64,000 nt of DNA from a virus (Duplodnaviria > Caudoviricetes), in the IMG/VR virus record IMGVR_UViG_3300033991_000020, positions 776 through 64,775 of that record. One strand, written 5' to 3'. A model generated the notes under the pieces. That model worked only from the letters and a program-made list of their open reading frames with translations. It had not been told where the DNA came from and made no database searches. A program made the position numbers and the translations under genes. Below are positions 47,159-57,301 of this stretch, piece by piece (the stretch's first letter is position 1; the number at the start of each line of letters is the position of its first letter).

Positions 47159-47940
47159 TAACTATGTCTTTAATAGAACAAATAAAACAAGAATTATTAA
47201 ATAAAAAATATGATAGACAAGAATGGATTTTTTGGCCTTCTGAATCTAGTTGTTTAAAAGAAGATGGAATTCTTATTGGAAAATGTTTACGCCAATTATT
47301 CTATGAATGGAATCATATTCCAGAATCTAATCCTATACCAGATAGAGTTAAGTTGCTTGGAAAAATAGGAAACTTTGTTGAATATAAAACACGTAAAGAA
47401 CTTGTAGCCAAAAAAATATATCCAAAAGAAATAAACAAAAAGGACAATAGAAAATTTAAAGTTAATATTGTAGATGATATTATTTTATCTGGAGAAATAG
47501 ATATAATAGCTGCTAATGAACAAGAACATTGCGGTATAGAAGTAAAAAATTATAGTAACAGTACCTATCAAATACTTAATAAACCAAAGGATGCTCATCT
47601 TCTACAAACTTTTTTATATGTTGTTTATTATAAACCACAACAACCTTTCTTTTTAATAAAATATTGCCCTTCAATGGTATCAAAATACGCAACTAAAGAT
47701 GTTTATCATAGGATAGACTGGATAGAAATAGACAAAGAAATTTATCCAGTTATAAATGGTGGGGTTTATAAAGATATTAAAATTAGTAGTATAATAAGAA
47801 GATATAAAGAAGCAAAATATTATATAAAAAATAAAGAACTTCCTATAAGAGATTATACAAGAAGTTCAACTCAATGCAAACAATGCCAATTCAGAGATTA
47901 TTGTAAAAAAGACAAAGAAGGCAAATCAATATCTAACTAA
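47155..47940 (+). CDS. Cas4-like PD-(D/E)xK exonuclease
   Basis: CLRQ, GEIDI, IEVK, LQ..LY, CKQCQFRDYC. Confidence 0.78.
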   Translation: MITMSLIEQIKQELLNKKYDRQEWIFWPSESSCLKEDGILIGKCLRQLFYEWNHIPESNPIPDRVKLLGKIGNFVEYKTRKELVAKKIYPKEINKKDNRKFKVNIVDDIILSGEIDIIAANEQEHCGIEVKNYSNSTYQILNKPKDAHLLQTFLYVVYYKPQQPFFLIKYCPSMVSKYATKDVYHRIDWIEIDKEIYPVINGGVYKDIKISSIIRRYKEAKYYIKNKELPIRDYTRSSTQCKQCQFRDYCKKDKEGKSISN

Positions 47941-49313
47941 GTTGGTATTGCAATCAAACGCTCATCATTGCTAGCTATACAATTTCTATGTCCTGCACTA
48001 ATAACTTCAGAACCAGAACCGTCCTTATAATCTAAACTATTAAAAGAATTTATAAAGTTTCCAGATTTACCTCTTACAACTAACTTTCCTAATATTGGTA
48101 AATGTTGCTCTCCCATAGTATACAAATAATCCCCTTGTATAGCTGTACCTGCTAATAAAGGGTACGTATAAAACCCTTGTATTGTATCATCATGTTCAAT
48201 TAATAAACTTGGAGATAATGTATTTAAACTTATTTTAATAATTGCTGATTTAAGTAAAGTAATTACAGTTGGGGCTGGTAAAATCTTATATTGTAACTGC
48301 TCTTGATAAAAACAATATATATAGGATGAATCAATAGTTAAAGCTGATATGTTAGCTTGCTTACCTTCTACAGTACCCCCTATAGGCAATGTTATTAAAT
48401 CTAAGTAAAAAGAATTTTGGGCAGCTAAACTCATTGTAACTCCCTTAGCTAACTTTGTAATAACTGCATTCCAATAACTAGGAATCCCCGCCCAATTTTG
48501 ACCACCAACAAAAACAAAATTCTCATTATTTGTTATAGAAGAACTAGTATAGTTTGCACCTAAATCAAAAATATCAGTTGCAACTAAATCCGATGTTGTT
48601 ATATTTTTATATCGTATTACCTTATTATTTCCTCCAATTAGGGGTGTCCCTATAACATACTGATAATTTAAATCAGTTCCTTGTTGTCCAGCACAAATAT
48701 CCTTACCTCTCTTGTGCCTAATAACATCACCAACATCCCAACTAAGCCAAAAAACTCCTGTATCTTTATTTATGCGTGTAATAAAGATAGACCCATCGTC
48801 ATGGTGTAACTCACTAAAAACCACTTTGTCACTCCAAAATACAGACGTTGGATAACCCACACCAAAATGAACAACATTATTAATTTTCATACTTGAATCT
48901 TTATATTCACTAACAATAGCCCAACCTGTAGTCACAGGTAATATTAAATTAAACTTTAATTGAATCTCAAGTAAATTTAAAACCAATCTTAAATCATTCA
49001 ATATAGGATAATGGCAAACATATTTCCCATACTTTTTTGTTATAGTTACATAAGGCCTACCTAATAGTAAAGGGTCTTGAACACCTGTCGGATAACCAAA
49101 TAAAATTGCTAAATCATTTGTAACAGTCTTCAACTCTTCTATAGCATCCAATCTAAACTTTTTTCCTATACTCTGGTCAATGAAAGTTATTGGGACTAGT
49201 CCAATTTCTGCTCTTCTTACATTAGCAGCAGCTTGCAGTTCAGTAATGTAAATACTTCTTGTTTTAGCTGTACTATTTAAAGGGTCTGGTGCTGTCCAAG
49301 TAAATGTTGGCAT
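47937..49313 (-). CDS. putative tail fibre / receptor-binding protein
   Basis: Last gene of the tail module; N-terminal helical repeats (ITELQ/IEELK/LNDLR); beta-rich C-terminus. Confidence 0.5.
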   Translation of the reverse strand: MPTFTWTAPDPLNSTAKTRSIYITELQAAANVRRAEIGLVPITFIDQSIGKKFRLDAIEELKTVTNDLAILFGYPTGVQDPLLLGRPYVTITKKYGKYVCHYPILNDLRLVLNLLEIQLKFNLILPVTTGWAIVSEYKDSSMKINNVVHFGVGYPTSVFWSDKVVFSELHHDDGSIFITRINKDTGVFWLSWDVGDVIRHKRGKDICAGQQGTDLNYQYVIGTPLIGGNNKVIRYKNITTSDLVATDIFDLGANYTSSSITNNENFVFVGGQNWAGIPSYWNAVITKLAKGVTMSLAAQNSFYLDLITLPIGGTVEGKQANISALTIDSSYIYCFYQEQLQYKILPAPTVITLLKSAIIKISLNTLSPSLLIEHDDTIQGFYTYPLLAGTAIQGDYLYTMGEQHLPILGKLVVRGKSGNFINSFNSLDYKDGSGSEVISAGHRNCIASNDERLIAIPT

Positions 49314-49348
49314 TATTAAATTATCCTTAAATATTTAAAAATTTAATA

Positions 49349-49651
49349 TTAAGCTTCACCATCTATCAAATTAGCTCCGAGTTTAGCAAAGCAGTCGCCG
49401 CCTTGTTGGTCATTTTTATGATTATGTTTACATATAGAGCCTTGTGTTGATATAAGCCTAACTATAAACGGCCTTAAAAAATTTAACCATTCTTCATCTG
49501 TCCAATCTGCCATATTTGTAGCTTCAAATTTTAATACTATTTCTTTCAAATTTTCTACTATTCCAGAAAGGCTCTTCAAGGTATCTTCTAAAGCCCTAAC
49601 TTTTTTTATTAGGGTTTCTATTGTTTGTCTTTCTTCTCTTGTTAGTGCCAT
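49349..49651 (-). CDS. hypothetical virion-associated protein
   Basis: Coiled coil; HNH..GG motif; GGAG RBS. Confidence 0.5.
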   Translation of the reverse strand: MALTREERQTIETLIKKVRALEDTLKSLSGIVENLKEIVLKFEATNMADWTDEEWLNFLRPFIVRLISTQGSICKHNHKNDQQGGDCFAKLGANLIDGEA

Positions 49652-49662
49652 TTATAAACTCC

Positions 49663-52600
49663 TTATTTTAAATATTCAGAAGTTATTTCCAAAGTAGTAG
49701 TATTCATATCAAAGTCATATTTTATACCAATAACTTTAGCATTTAAAGAACTCCAACTACCTTGGTCTGTGTTAATAAGATTTACAGTTTTATCTAAATC
49801 CCAAGTTAAATCTATAGTATCTAATGTGATTGAACCATTAACTTTTATATCTTTATATTTTTCCAATAAATCTTCAGCATATTCCGTCATTCTAACAGTA
49901 TCATCAGCCAAATCATCGGGGTCTTCACTATATATAAAACTAGTATTAATTATTCTTAATGTTTTGCTGATTGAACTTGCAGTTCCAGAAACAGTAACTT
50001 CAACTTTTAATGGTATAGTTTCTATTATAACATCGGCCTTAACAGATGCACATTTTTTGTTTAAAAATTCTTTATATGCCCAAGCCGCTCTACTAATTGA
50101 CATCATTTCATCCCAGGGCGTTCCAGGAGAAAAACTTTGTCCAACAACTACAGAATTTGGCCAATAATTATATATTTCATTTGAAAATCTTATTGTATTT
50201 AGTGGTGATAAGGAACCCTGAGCCTGCTCGCCACGAAATACCTCAACTACTCCGCCACCTCCAGTAGGATAATACATATGTTGATTCCAACCAGCTAATG
50301 CTACTGTATCTGGTCTTTCTGTAGTATAAATCATATTATCTTTACAAATTGTCATAGCGCCGATAATAGTAAGCATTGTGGTAGAAACTTGACCAGGAGT
50401 ATAATCTACGTTAGGAATAGTAATTATACCAAGCGCTTTTTTGTAATTTACAAATGTTTTAATTAATTTTACAACTTCCCATTTCGTATCAATCTTGTAA
50501 ATTTTAAAAGCATCATCACTACTAGGCCAATTCTGTTGTCCAGTATAAAATGGTCCAGCAGTACAGGTAGCAAATAATATTGCTCTCTCTTTCTTTCTAG
50601 CTCCCTCAATTATACACTTATTGTACCTATTTGTTATATCAAACTGCAAATTAGCAGCCATAACATTATATTGTGGTGATATTGGATGTACGGTAGTTCC
50701 ATAAATTCCAAATTTGGCTTCTCCAGAATTTATAGTAGTTAAATCAACAGATACCAAACTACCATTTGGTCTCATATACCAACCGTATTTTGTTTTTGCA
50801 TAAATACTATCCAGAACACTAGAAACAATTTGACCTATATACTCATCTGATATAGTTGCCCCAGATGGATAACTTTCTACTTTTTTTACAATTGTAGGAA
50901 ATTTAGAAATTATAGTATCTATGGCCGTTCCTAATGGAACATCGTCAAAAGTTATTTGAGTTGTTTCTCCATAATCATCGTGAACAATATAAGCATATTC
51001 CTCAGCCAAATCTTGTCTAGGTCCAGAACAATGATACATTACTCCCTCTTGTCCTATATCAATTGTTCTTTCTATCTGCATTATTCTACCTCTGAATAAA
51101 GTTGTATTACCAGAACCATAAATAACGCTAATGGTGTTTCCCTCAGAAAAAGGTAAAGTAGTATCAAAAGCTACTGGTTGAAAAAATCTACAAATTCTTG
51201 CACTGTTAAAATCCCAAGAAATTTCTTTAACATGTACTTCTTTTAAACTTTGTCTAAGTATAGTATTTCCACAGATAACTGCCGTATCATCAGTAAAGGT
51301 TTGAGTTCCATATATAAATATAAAAGACTTAGTTTCTCCCCAATATCCTGTAGTAACATCATAGGGCTTTATTTTTAAAATAGTAATTCCTTCTGAATAT
51401 GCTCCAGGGATATAGTTATTAGTAGTTAAAAAAGAATCTGATATATCAGGTTCTGTTCCATCTTCAGTATAATAGTACCTAATAGGTCCTGGCTCTGCTG
51501 GTGCAACTGTCCATTCAAAATAAGGAGTATTATCTGAAATTTGATATAAGCCATTAGCCAATTCAACAAGTTTTGTAATATCAGTATAACATTTAATTTC
51601 TCCCATAATAGGACTATCATTAGCAATCCAAATATTAAACGTAGCAATATCACTAATTAGTCCATTAACGCATATTCCTTTTACTTTAAAAGTATGTTGA
51701 CCTAGTGATAGAGCTTCATAAAGATACGTACGAAGTTCTATATATTGCTGCCTTATATCTATTAAAGTTACATCAACTATATTTACAGTCCCTGCTGGAA
51801 CATAAGCTTCTGCAAGTTCAATAGCTCCAACTATAGTATCAGGTCTTATGGGAGAATCATTTTCCTCGCCTTTGATTACACTCAAAACACCAAAAACAGA
51901 ATCAATATAAATTATATCTATTCTATCTTTTAAACCGCCATTATCTAATGTCAAATCCTGACTACTTGTTTCTCTTAAATCCAGGTCAGAATAATAAAAG
52001 CCAGTAGCCATAGTTACTGTCATTTCTGGTAACGGAACTGCTTTGGTTATTTCCATGCCATTTCTTATTAAAGTTGGTATTCGCACATCTATAATGTCAT
52101 CAGGAACATCATCTAAAGCTACGCTAAATCCTATATAAGGTATATTAAATTCTGGAACCTTCCATCTAAAAAATGGTTTTTTATAAGTCTGATATGTGGA
52201 ATCTGGAATTGCTACAGTAGCGGTATCATCAGTATAGGCCTCAATAATAACGGAATATGGTGTTATTGTATTTAAAATAGCCTCAATAAGGTCTGTACCA
52301 TCAGATAAGTTTCCTTCCATATCAGTAAATCTAGCATATATTTTCTTATCACCATCTCCTACAGATACACTCCAATTCTTTGTATTAGCATAAGGTTCTA
52401 AAGTAGACCATGCCCCACCCCCATTCTTAAACTGCATTTTAACAGCTCCAAAAACTTCCATATTAATAACAACATCCTTTACAGATAAAAAATAACCCTC
52501 TTCAAGATATAAGCTAGAAATAGTTATATTATTAGCAGATATTCTATGAGATATTCTAATATCAGTATTAATGTCAGAAAAACTTCTAGCTACAACTCTA

Positions 52601-54375
52601 ATATCCGTATCTATATCTTTTATTACTGACTTAGCTGCCCTAATATCTGTAATTATATCCTTTATAACATCCTCAGCAACTCTAATATCTATATTTATAT
52701 TTTCTAAAGTTTGAGCAACTGCCCTAATATCTAAATCTATATCCTTAAAGTGTTCTTCTAATTTTACACGAATATCTGTATTTATGTCTTCTATTAACTG
52801 ACTGCCCACTCTAAGGTCAATATCCAGGTCTTTAAAATGCTCTTCTAATTTAACACGAATATCTATATTAATGTCTTCAATTATTTGTTCTGAAATCCTT
52901 ATATCTGTATCTAAATCTACAAAATTAGGAAGAAGTTCCTCTTCACCAAAATTTAATAATGATAAATCATCACTAGCGATTCTAGTAGTTCTCCAAGCAG
53001 CATCCCTATCAATTCCAATAGAAAATCTAACCTCATCCATGTAGCCATTAATAAAATAACCAGTATCAAAAACATTTCCAATTTGCCAACCTTGTGCCCT
53101 ATCAACTAAAGCATCGGGGTCTACTTGTGTACTACCCACTTGTATTCCATCTTTAAAAACCTTAAAATTGCTCCCGTTTCGGGTAATTTCTAAATCGTAC
53201 CAAGTAGCTAATGAAAAGGCTGGATTAACAGACCAATCAATTGCACCACCAGAGCCGTAATCTCGAAATCTTAAAGCCGTACCAACTCCACTATCAGCAC
53301 CTACATAAAAATAACTAGCACCTTCTGCCCGACCAAGTAGACCCCAGTTACCCCCAAATGCTATAAACAGTACTTTCATACTAATTGTAAAGTTTTGGCT
53401 ACCTAGTTCCAAAATTGGCGCGTCTGGAATATTTATTTTTTTATTAGAAGCGAACTGCTGGCATTTATAAATTTTTCCATCAACACATGTTGGAGCAGAT
53501 ACTCCTTGACCATGATTAGCATTTACTGTAGAGTCTTTATACTCTCCCACTATCCCACTACCACTTTCCTTTAAATGCCAAACTCCTTTATGATAAGAAT
53601 CCCAAACATTTGTTGAGTCTGCTCCATCGGCAGCGTCTGATTTTCCATAATAAATATAAAAATCAGTATCAACTATATCATCAATTATTGGTAATTTAAC
53701 CCAATAATAGGCTTCATTATAGGGTTCTATATATTCCATTATTTCCAATTCTTTAATCTGAACATAAGTTCCTCCAAATGAATTAGTTATATACAAACGA
53801 TAATAACGATAGGCCGTAGAATTAGAAAAAGTATACTCTTTAGGAGTATCATCTGCCCATGATTGATTAGTTTGACTATCTAAATCAGTCCATATACTAT
53901 CATCATTAGAACCTTGTAATTTAAAATCCTTTGGCACACCATTAGAGTCTCCTGAACGACGTGGTGTAATACGATATTTTCGGCCAATTTTTGTAATACC
54001 AGCACTTAAATCATATTTTAACCAGTGGGGCATAGCAATAAGAGCACTTGTCCAAAAAGTTGCTGTATTATTATCAAACGCATTAGCAGCAATCTCACCA
54101 CCATTTACTGAATCGGCACTAGCCGTTCCCCCAATACAAAACGTTGTTCCATAACTTCCCGCAATTTCTCCATGAAATTCACGTTCATATTTTAATAATG
54201 TTTCTCCATCATCATAAGTAAAGCGAATATCATAACCATCACTTCTTGCATGAGAAAAATTAAAATTAGTTTCATCTAATTTAACTAAAACTGGAAAATC
54301 AGTCAAATCAGCATCAACTTTAGTTGCATCTACTGTAAGTTTTTTTCTATATAACCATCCGCTTAACCAACTCAT
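49663..54375 (-). CDS. large tail protein: DUF2341-like, F5/8 discoidin, LamG, repeats, Ig-like and tail-hub region
   Basis: WLSGWLYRKKLT...DIRFT; NAFDN...KDFKLQGSND...AYRYYRL; GYMDEVRFS; FRGRI, GWYMRPNG. Confidence 0.75.
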   Translation of the reverse strand: MSWLSGWLYRKKLTVDATKVDADLTDFPVLVKLDETNFNFSHARSDGYDIRFTYDDGETLLKYEREFHGEIAGSYGTTFCIGGTASADSVNGGEIAANAFDNNTATFWTSALIAMPHWLKYDLSAGITKIGRKYRITPRRSGDSNGVPKDFKLQGSNDDSIWTDLDSQTNQSWADDTPKEYTFSNSTAYRYYRLYITNSFGGTYVQIKELEIMEYIEPYNEAYYWVKLPIIDDIVDTDFYIYYGKSDAADGADSTNVWDSYHKGVWHLKESGSGIVGEYKDSTVNANHGQGVSAPTCVDGKIYKCQQFASNKKINIPDAPILELGSQNFTISMKVLFIAFGGNWGLLGRAEGASYFYVGADSGVGTALRFRDYGSGGAIDWSVNPAFSLATWYDLEITRNGSNFKVFKDGIQVGSTQVDPDALVDRAQGWQIGNVFDTGYFINGYMDEVRFSIGIDRDAAWRTTRIASDDLSLLNFGEEELLPNFVDLDTDIRISEQIIEDINIDIRVKLEEHFKDLDIDLRVGSQLIEDINTDIRVKLEEHFKDIDLDIRAVAQTLENINIDIRVAEDVIKDIITDIRAAKSVIKDIDTDIRVVARSFSDINTDIRISHRISANNITISSLYLEEGYFLSVKDVVINMEVFGAVKMQFKNGGGAWSTLEPYANTKNWSVSVGDGDKKIYARFTDMEGNLSDGTDLIEAILNTITPYSVIIEAYTDDTATVAIPDSTYQTYKKPFFRWKVPEFNIPYIGFSVALDDVPDDIIDVRIPTLIRNGMEITKAVPLPEMTVTMATGFYYSDLDLRETSSQDLTLDNGGLKDRIDIIYIDSVFGVLSVIKGEENDSPIRPDTIVGAIELAEAYVPAGTVNIVDVTLIDIRQQYIELRTYLYEALSLGQHTFKVKGICVNGLISDIATFNIWIANDSPIMGEIKCYTDITKLVELANGLYQISDNTPYFEWTVAPAEPGPIRYYYTEDGTEPDISDSFLTTNNYIPGAYSEGITILKIKPYDVTTGYWGETKSFIFIYGTQTFTDDTAVICGNTILRQSLKEVHVKEISWDFNSARICRFFQPVAFDTTLPFSEGNTISVIYGSGNTTLFRGRIMQIERTIDIGQEGVMYHCSGPRQDLAEEYAYIVHDDYGETTQITFDDVPLGTAIDTIISKFPTIVKKVESYPSGATISDEYIGQIVSSVLDSIYAKTKYGWYMRPNGSLVSVDLTTINSGEAKFGIYGTTVHPISPQYNVMAANLQFDITNRYNKCIIEGARKKERAILFATCTAGPFYTGQQNWPSSDDAFKIYKIDTKWEVVKLIKTFVNYKKALGIITIPNVDYTPGQVSTTMLTIIGAMTICKDNMIYTTERPDTVALAGWNQHMYYPTGGGGVVEVFRGEQAQGSLSPLNTIRFSNEIYNYWPNSVVVGQSFSPGTPWDEMMSISRAAWAYKEFLNKKCASVKADVIIETIPLKVEVTVSGTASSISKTLRIINTSFIYSEDPDDLADDTVRMTEYAEDLLEKYKDIKVNGSITLDTIDLTWDLDKTVNLINTDQGSWSSLNAKVIGIKYDFDMNTTTLEITSEYLK
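52550..52920 (-). repeat. nine imperfect 14-15-aa coding repeats (D-I-x-x-D-I-R-V)
   Basis: DLDTDIRI, DINIDIRV, DLDIDLRV, DINTDIRV, DIDLDIRA, NINIDIRV, DIITDIRA, DIDTDIRV, DINTDIRI. Confidence 0.85.
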
Positions 54376-54926
54376 TATTTAATCCCCATTTTCCATAATT
54401 TTAAATCGGAAGGTCTGCCCCTATATTCTTGCCCCAATGGTAAAACTCTCTTAGTAATATCCCCAATCCTATACTTATCCTCGCCATCTTTACCAGCTAA
54501 AGAAATACGATAAGAAGTCACCATTCCATTCTTTAATCCCATAATATAAATATATTTATCCATACCACCACTAACTAAATGTTTTAAATCTTTTATATTT
54601 CCAATCCAATCACATTTTGTACATCTTGCAATAAGTTCCTGTTTAGTTTCGTTATTTGTATATTGTGTTATTCTTTTAGATATTTTTCCTTTACTGTTAC
54701 ATTTAGGACAATTACCTACTGGTCCAGCAACAGTTCCTACGGCCTCAACAAAGCAAAGATAAGATTCAAAACCTTCCAAAATAAGTCCTTCTCCAGACAC
54801 AAAAAAATATTCCAAGCGTGAAATAGCCTTTTCAGGAATTTCTAACCACTTGGAATTTTTTATAGATTCGCCCCCCCAAAAAATGGACGAATCCCAAAAA
54901 ACCACTCGAAAAATATGATTAGGCAT
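54375..54926 (-). CDS. hypothetical protein with inserted zinc ribbon
   Basis: CPKC...CTKC. Confidence 0.6.
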   Translation of the reverse strand: MPNHIFRVVFWDSSIFWGGESIKNSKWLEIPEKAISRLEYFFVSGEGLILEGFESYLCFVEAVGTVAGPVGNCPKCNSKGKISKRITQYTNNETKQELIARCTKCDWIGNIKDLKHLVSGGMDKYIYIMGLKNGMVTSYRISLAGKDGEDKYRIGDITKRVLPLGQEYRGRPSDLKLWKMGIK

Positions 54927-54965
54927 GATATATTATCACCTTTTTATTTTTATTAAAATGACTTA

Positions 54966-55634
54966 TTATTTATTACTTAGCAAAATAATAAAGTATAATT
55001 GCCAATAAATCCTTTCTTCTCGTCTATTAGTCAGCGCATGGCAAACTGGACAAAGCGTAACTAAGTTATCCATACTATGGTTATCTTTTGAGTAATCTAT
55101 ATGATGTATAGGAAACTGCATTCCAGTTCTTTTAACATACTCTTCTTGATTCTTAAAACATATTTGGCATTCTTTATTATCTCTTTTTCTAACTTTATTT
55201 TTATATCTCTTTGTAAAACCAGAAGCATACGGTTTTGTAGAATTTCCATCGACATAGCATGGACAAAGCTTACCCTTACGACCGAACATTCCGTTCTTTT
55301 CTCCTCTAAGGTCTGGTCTTGGAATACCTCTTCTAGCTTTACTAAGTTTTTCACGTGTTTCTTTATATAAGTGCTTACCTTTAAAGAATGCCCACTTTCC
55401 TTTATTAGCTTTACTAATTTTATTTCTTGTTTCTTCTGGCATTGGAACATTTTTATTCCAAGAAGTTTGTCCTTTTTTAAAACGTCCAGAATTAGGATGT
55501 GCTTTTTGAAACTCTGACATTTTCTTTTTAGTTTCTTCAGTATGCGGAATATTCAAACGATGTTTATTTCCTTTCATACGTTCAGCGCATTGTTTTCTAT
55601 AATCTTCGCTTCTTGGATAAATACCAGTTGGCAT
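54966..55634 (-). CDS. HNH homing endonuclease with NUMOD3 repeats
   Basis: HTEETKKKMS-type repeats; RDNKECQIC, HHIDY..N...NLVTLCPVCH. Confidence 0.88.
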   Translation of the reverse strand: MPTGIYPRSEDYRKQCAERMKGNKHRLNIPHTEETKKKMSEFQKAHPNSGRFKKGQTSWNKNVPMPEETRNKISKANKGKWAFFKGKHLYKETREKLSKARRGIPRPDLRGEKNGMFGRKGKLCPCYVDGNSTKPYASGFTKRYKNKVRKRDNKECQICFKNQEEYVKRTGMQFPIHHIDYSKDNHSMDNLVTLCPVCHALTNRREERIYWQLYFIILLSNK

Positions 55635-55644
55635 AAACTATCTC

Positions 55645-56280
55645 CTAAACGTATGTGTACCTTATACTTATAACTGGAGCCTCGATGAATGGCGTGAGGA
55701 AGCTACCAGGAACATCCCAATGTATATTTACATATACGTCTGTAGCCCCAGGTAATGCCCCGCCCGAATTGTTGAGCATCAAAACATTCGGCGCAACTCC
55801 ACCAGCTATTGGTGTCCCTACCCAACCAGCACCAGGAGAACCTGGGGTAGTTAAAACAGCTTTCAACATGCTATCTGCTGGTGTTCCTAAACCTAAGCAA
55901 TTCAAATTAGCTGTCACATGAGTATCATCATCCCAAGCTTCCAATGTGGGCTCTGTAGCAGTTGCCCCATCAAAAGCCAAGCAAATAACATATCTATGGT
56001 CTCCACTATTTGCCATAAACATTTCTTTTAATTCTGCTCCAACATCAGATACATCCAATAAAAATGTATGCGCAATTTCTACTGGAACAGCTTGGATAAT
56101 AGTTGCAGCCTCATTAAGTTCTGCGGAACTCGGCGTAGGCTGCCCATCAGCAACAGCAGCAGAACCAGCAGAAAAAATTAGCTTGTCATTTGCTAGGTCC
56201 ATCTGAATAAAATTAGCTGGTTGTGCAATCCTAGTAGCATCCGTATTAGTGTGATTAACATGTACAATTACATTTGTCAT
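55645..56280 (-). CDS. hypothetical structural protein
   Basis: Ala/Gly/Pro-rich, Lys-poor, inside the tail module. Confidence 0.55.
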   Translation of the reverse strand: MTNVIVHVNHTNTDATRIAQPANFIQMDLANDKLIFSAGSAAVADGQPTPSSAELNEAATIIQAVPVEIAHTFLLDVSDVGAELKEMFMANSGDHRYVICLAFDGATATEPTLEAWDDDTHVTANLNCLGLGTPADSMLKAVLTTPGSPGAGWVGTPIAGGVAPNVLMLNNSGGALPGATDVYVNIHWDVPGSFLTPFIEAPVISIRYTYV

Positions 56281-56301
56281 TAAAATTTTCCTCCTTTATA
56301 T

Positions 56302-56961
56302 TTATTTTCTATACTTATCAATACGTTTATGGCAAACTACACAAAGAGTTTGCCCATTATTTATATCAAAACGTAATTCTGGATAATCTCTCCAAGGTTT
56401 AATATGATGAACTTCCAAATTACCTCCACGCTTATTACAAAGCTGACACGTATAATCGTCTCGCTCAAATACGCTTTTTCTAAACTCTTTATAAGCCGCA
56501 GTAGCCATAATATATTCTCGTTCACCAGAAATACCGCCTTGCCAATTCCAAGGGTTTTCACCTTTACCTATATTGTTTTCCATTTTAGTCTTATTACCCT
56601 TTTGTATAGATTCCAAACTTCTAGTCTTACCATAAAAAGCAGATTTTTCTGGATGCCTAGTTAAATAATGTTCTTTATACTCTATTCCATTCTCTTTCAA
56701 AATTCTACGTATTAAAAATAACGATATATTAAGTATTTCAGAAATTTTAACATTAGACAAACCTTGATTAACACTTAAATCTATAACTTTTGGAGCAAGC
56801 TTTTTACGATTTTGTTTTCCTCTATAAATATGAAAACATTTTAAACTACATAAATTATAGCCATTTTCCCATCTAACTTTAGAAATAGAATAAGATGGAC
56901 TAAACTCTTTTCCGCAGTTCAAACATATTTTAGTTTCCCTAATAACCACATTAGTCCCCAC
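56302..56961 (-). CDS. HNH homing endonuclease
   Basis: NWQGG, VFERDDYTCQLC, VHHIKP, NGQTLCVVCH. Confidence 0.88.
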   Translation of the reverse strand: MGTNVVIRETKICLNCGKEFSPSYSISKVRWENGYNLCSLKCFHIYRGKQNRKKLAPKVIDLSVNQGLSNVKISEILNISLFLIRRILKENGIEYKEHYLTRHPEKSAFYGKTRSLESIQKGNKTKMENNIGKGENPWNWQGGISGEREYIMATAAYKEFRKSVFERDDYTCQLCNKRGGNLEVHHIKPWRDYPELRFDINNGQTLCVVCHKRIDKYRK

Positions 56962-57301
56962 TTCGATAAAATACTATATTAAACCTGGACCACTTATAAT
57001 AATCTGACCCAGGTGAAATAGACTTTAAAATACAATTTGAATATGTGTTATGATTTACTACTAAATCTGCTAGACCAGAACCAAAAGCAGCGGCAAGCCC
57101 GTTAGTATAAGTTTCCAATTCTTGTCTACTCAATTTTTTAACCCAACCCGCCACATTAATAGTTTTAAGACCTCCACCACGCCTACGCAAAATTGACCCA
57201 TCTGCACGTGGAATTTTATGGATTTCAACTTCCTGCTCTGTTGAAATTTCCACCCAGCAGTAGTCACCCAAATTTATACCGTTAAACGAGCCGTTTGACA
57301 T
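56951..57301 (-). CDS. putative distal tail-like protein (start moved to ATG 57301)
   Basis: Follows the TMP; IPRADG...GG...I...G pattern; GGGG RBS. Confidence 0.45.
   Translation of the reverse strand: MSNGSFNGINLGDYCWVEISTEQEVEIHKIPRADGSILRRRGGGLKTINVAGWVKKLSRQELETYTNGLAAAFGSGLADLVVNHNTYSNCILKSISPGSDYYKWSRFNIVFYRSGD

Noticed and set aside
57201-57214. Additional parS-like sites around other CACGTG cores (also ~55351)
   Set aside because: Flanks do not match the consensus or form the palindrome
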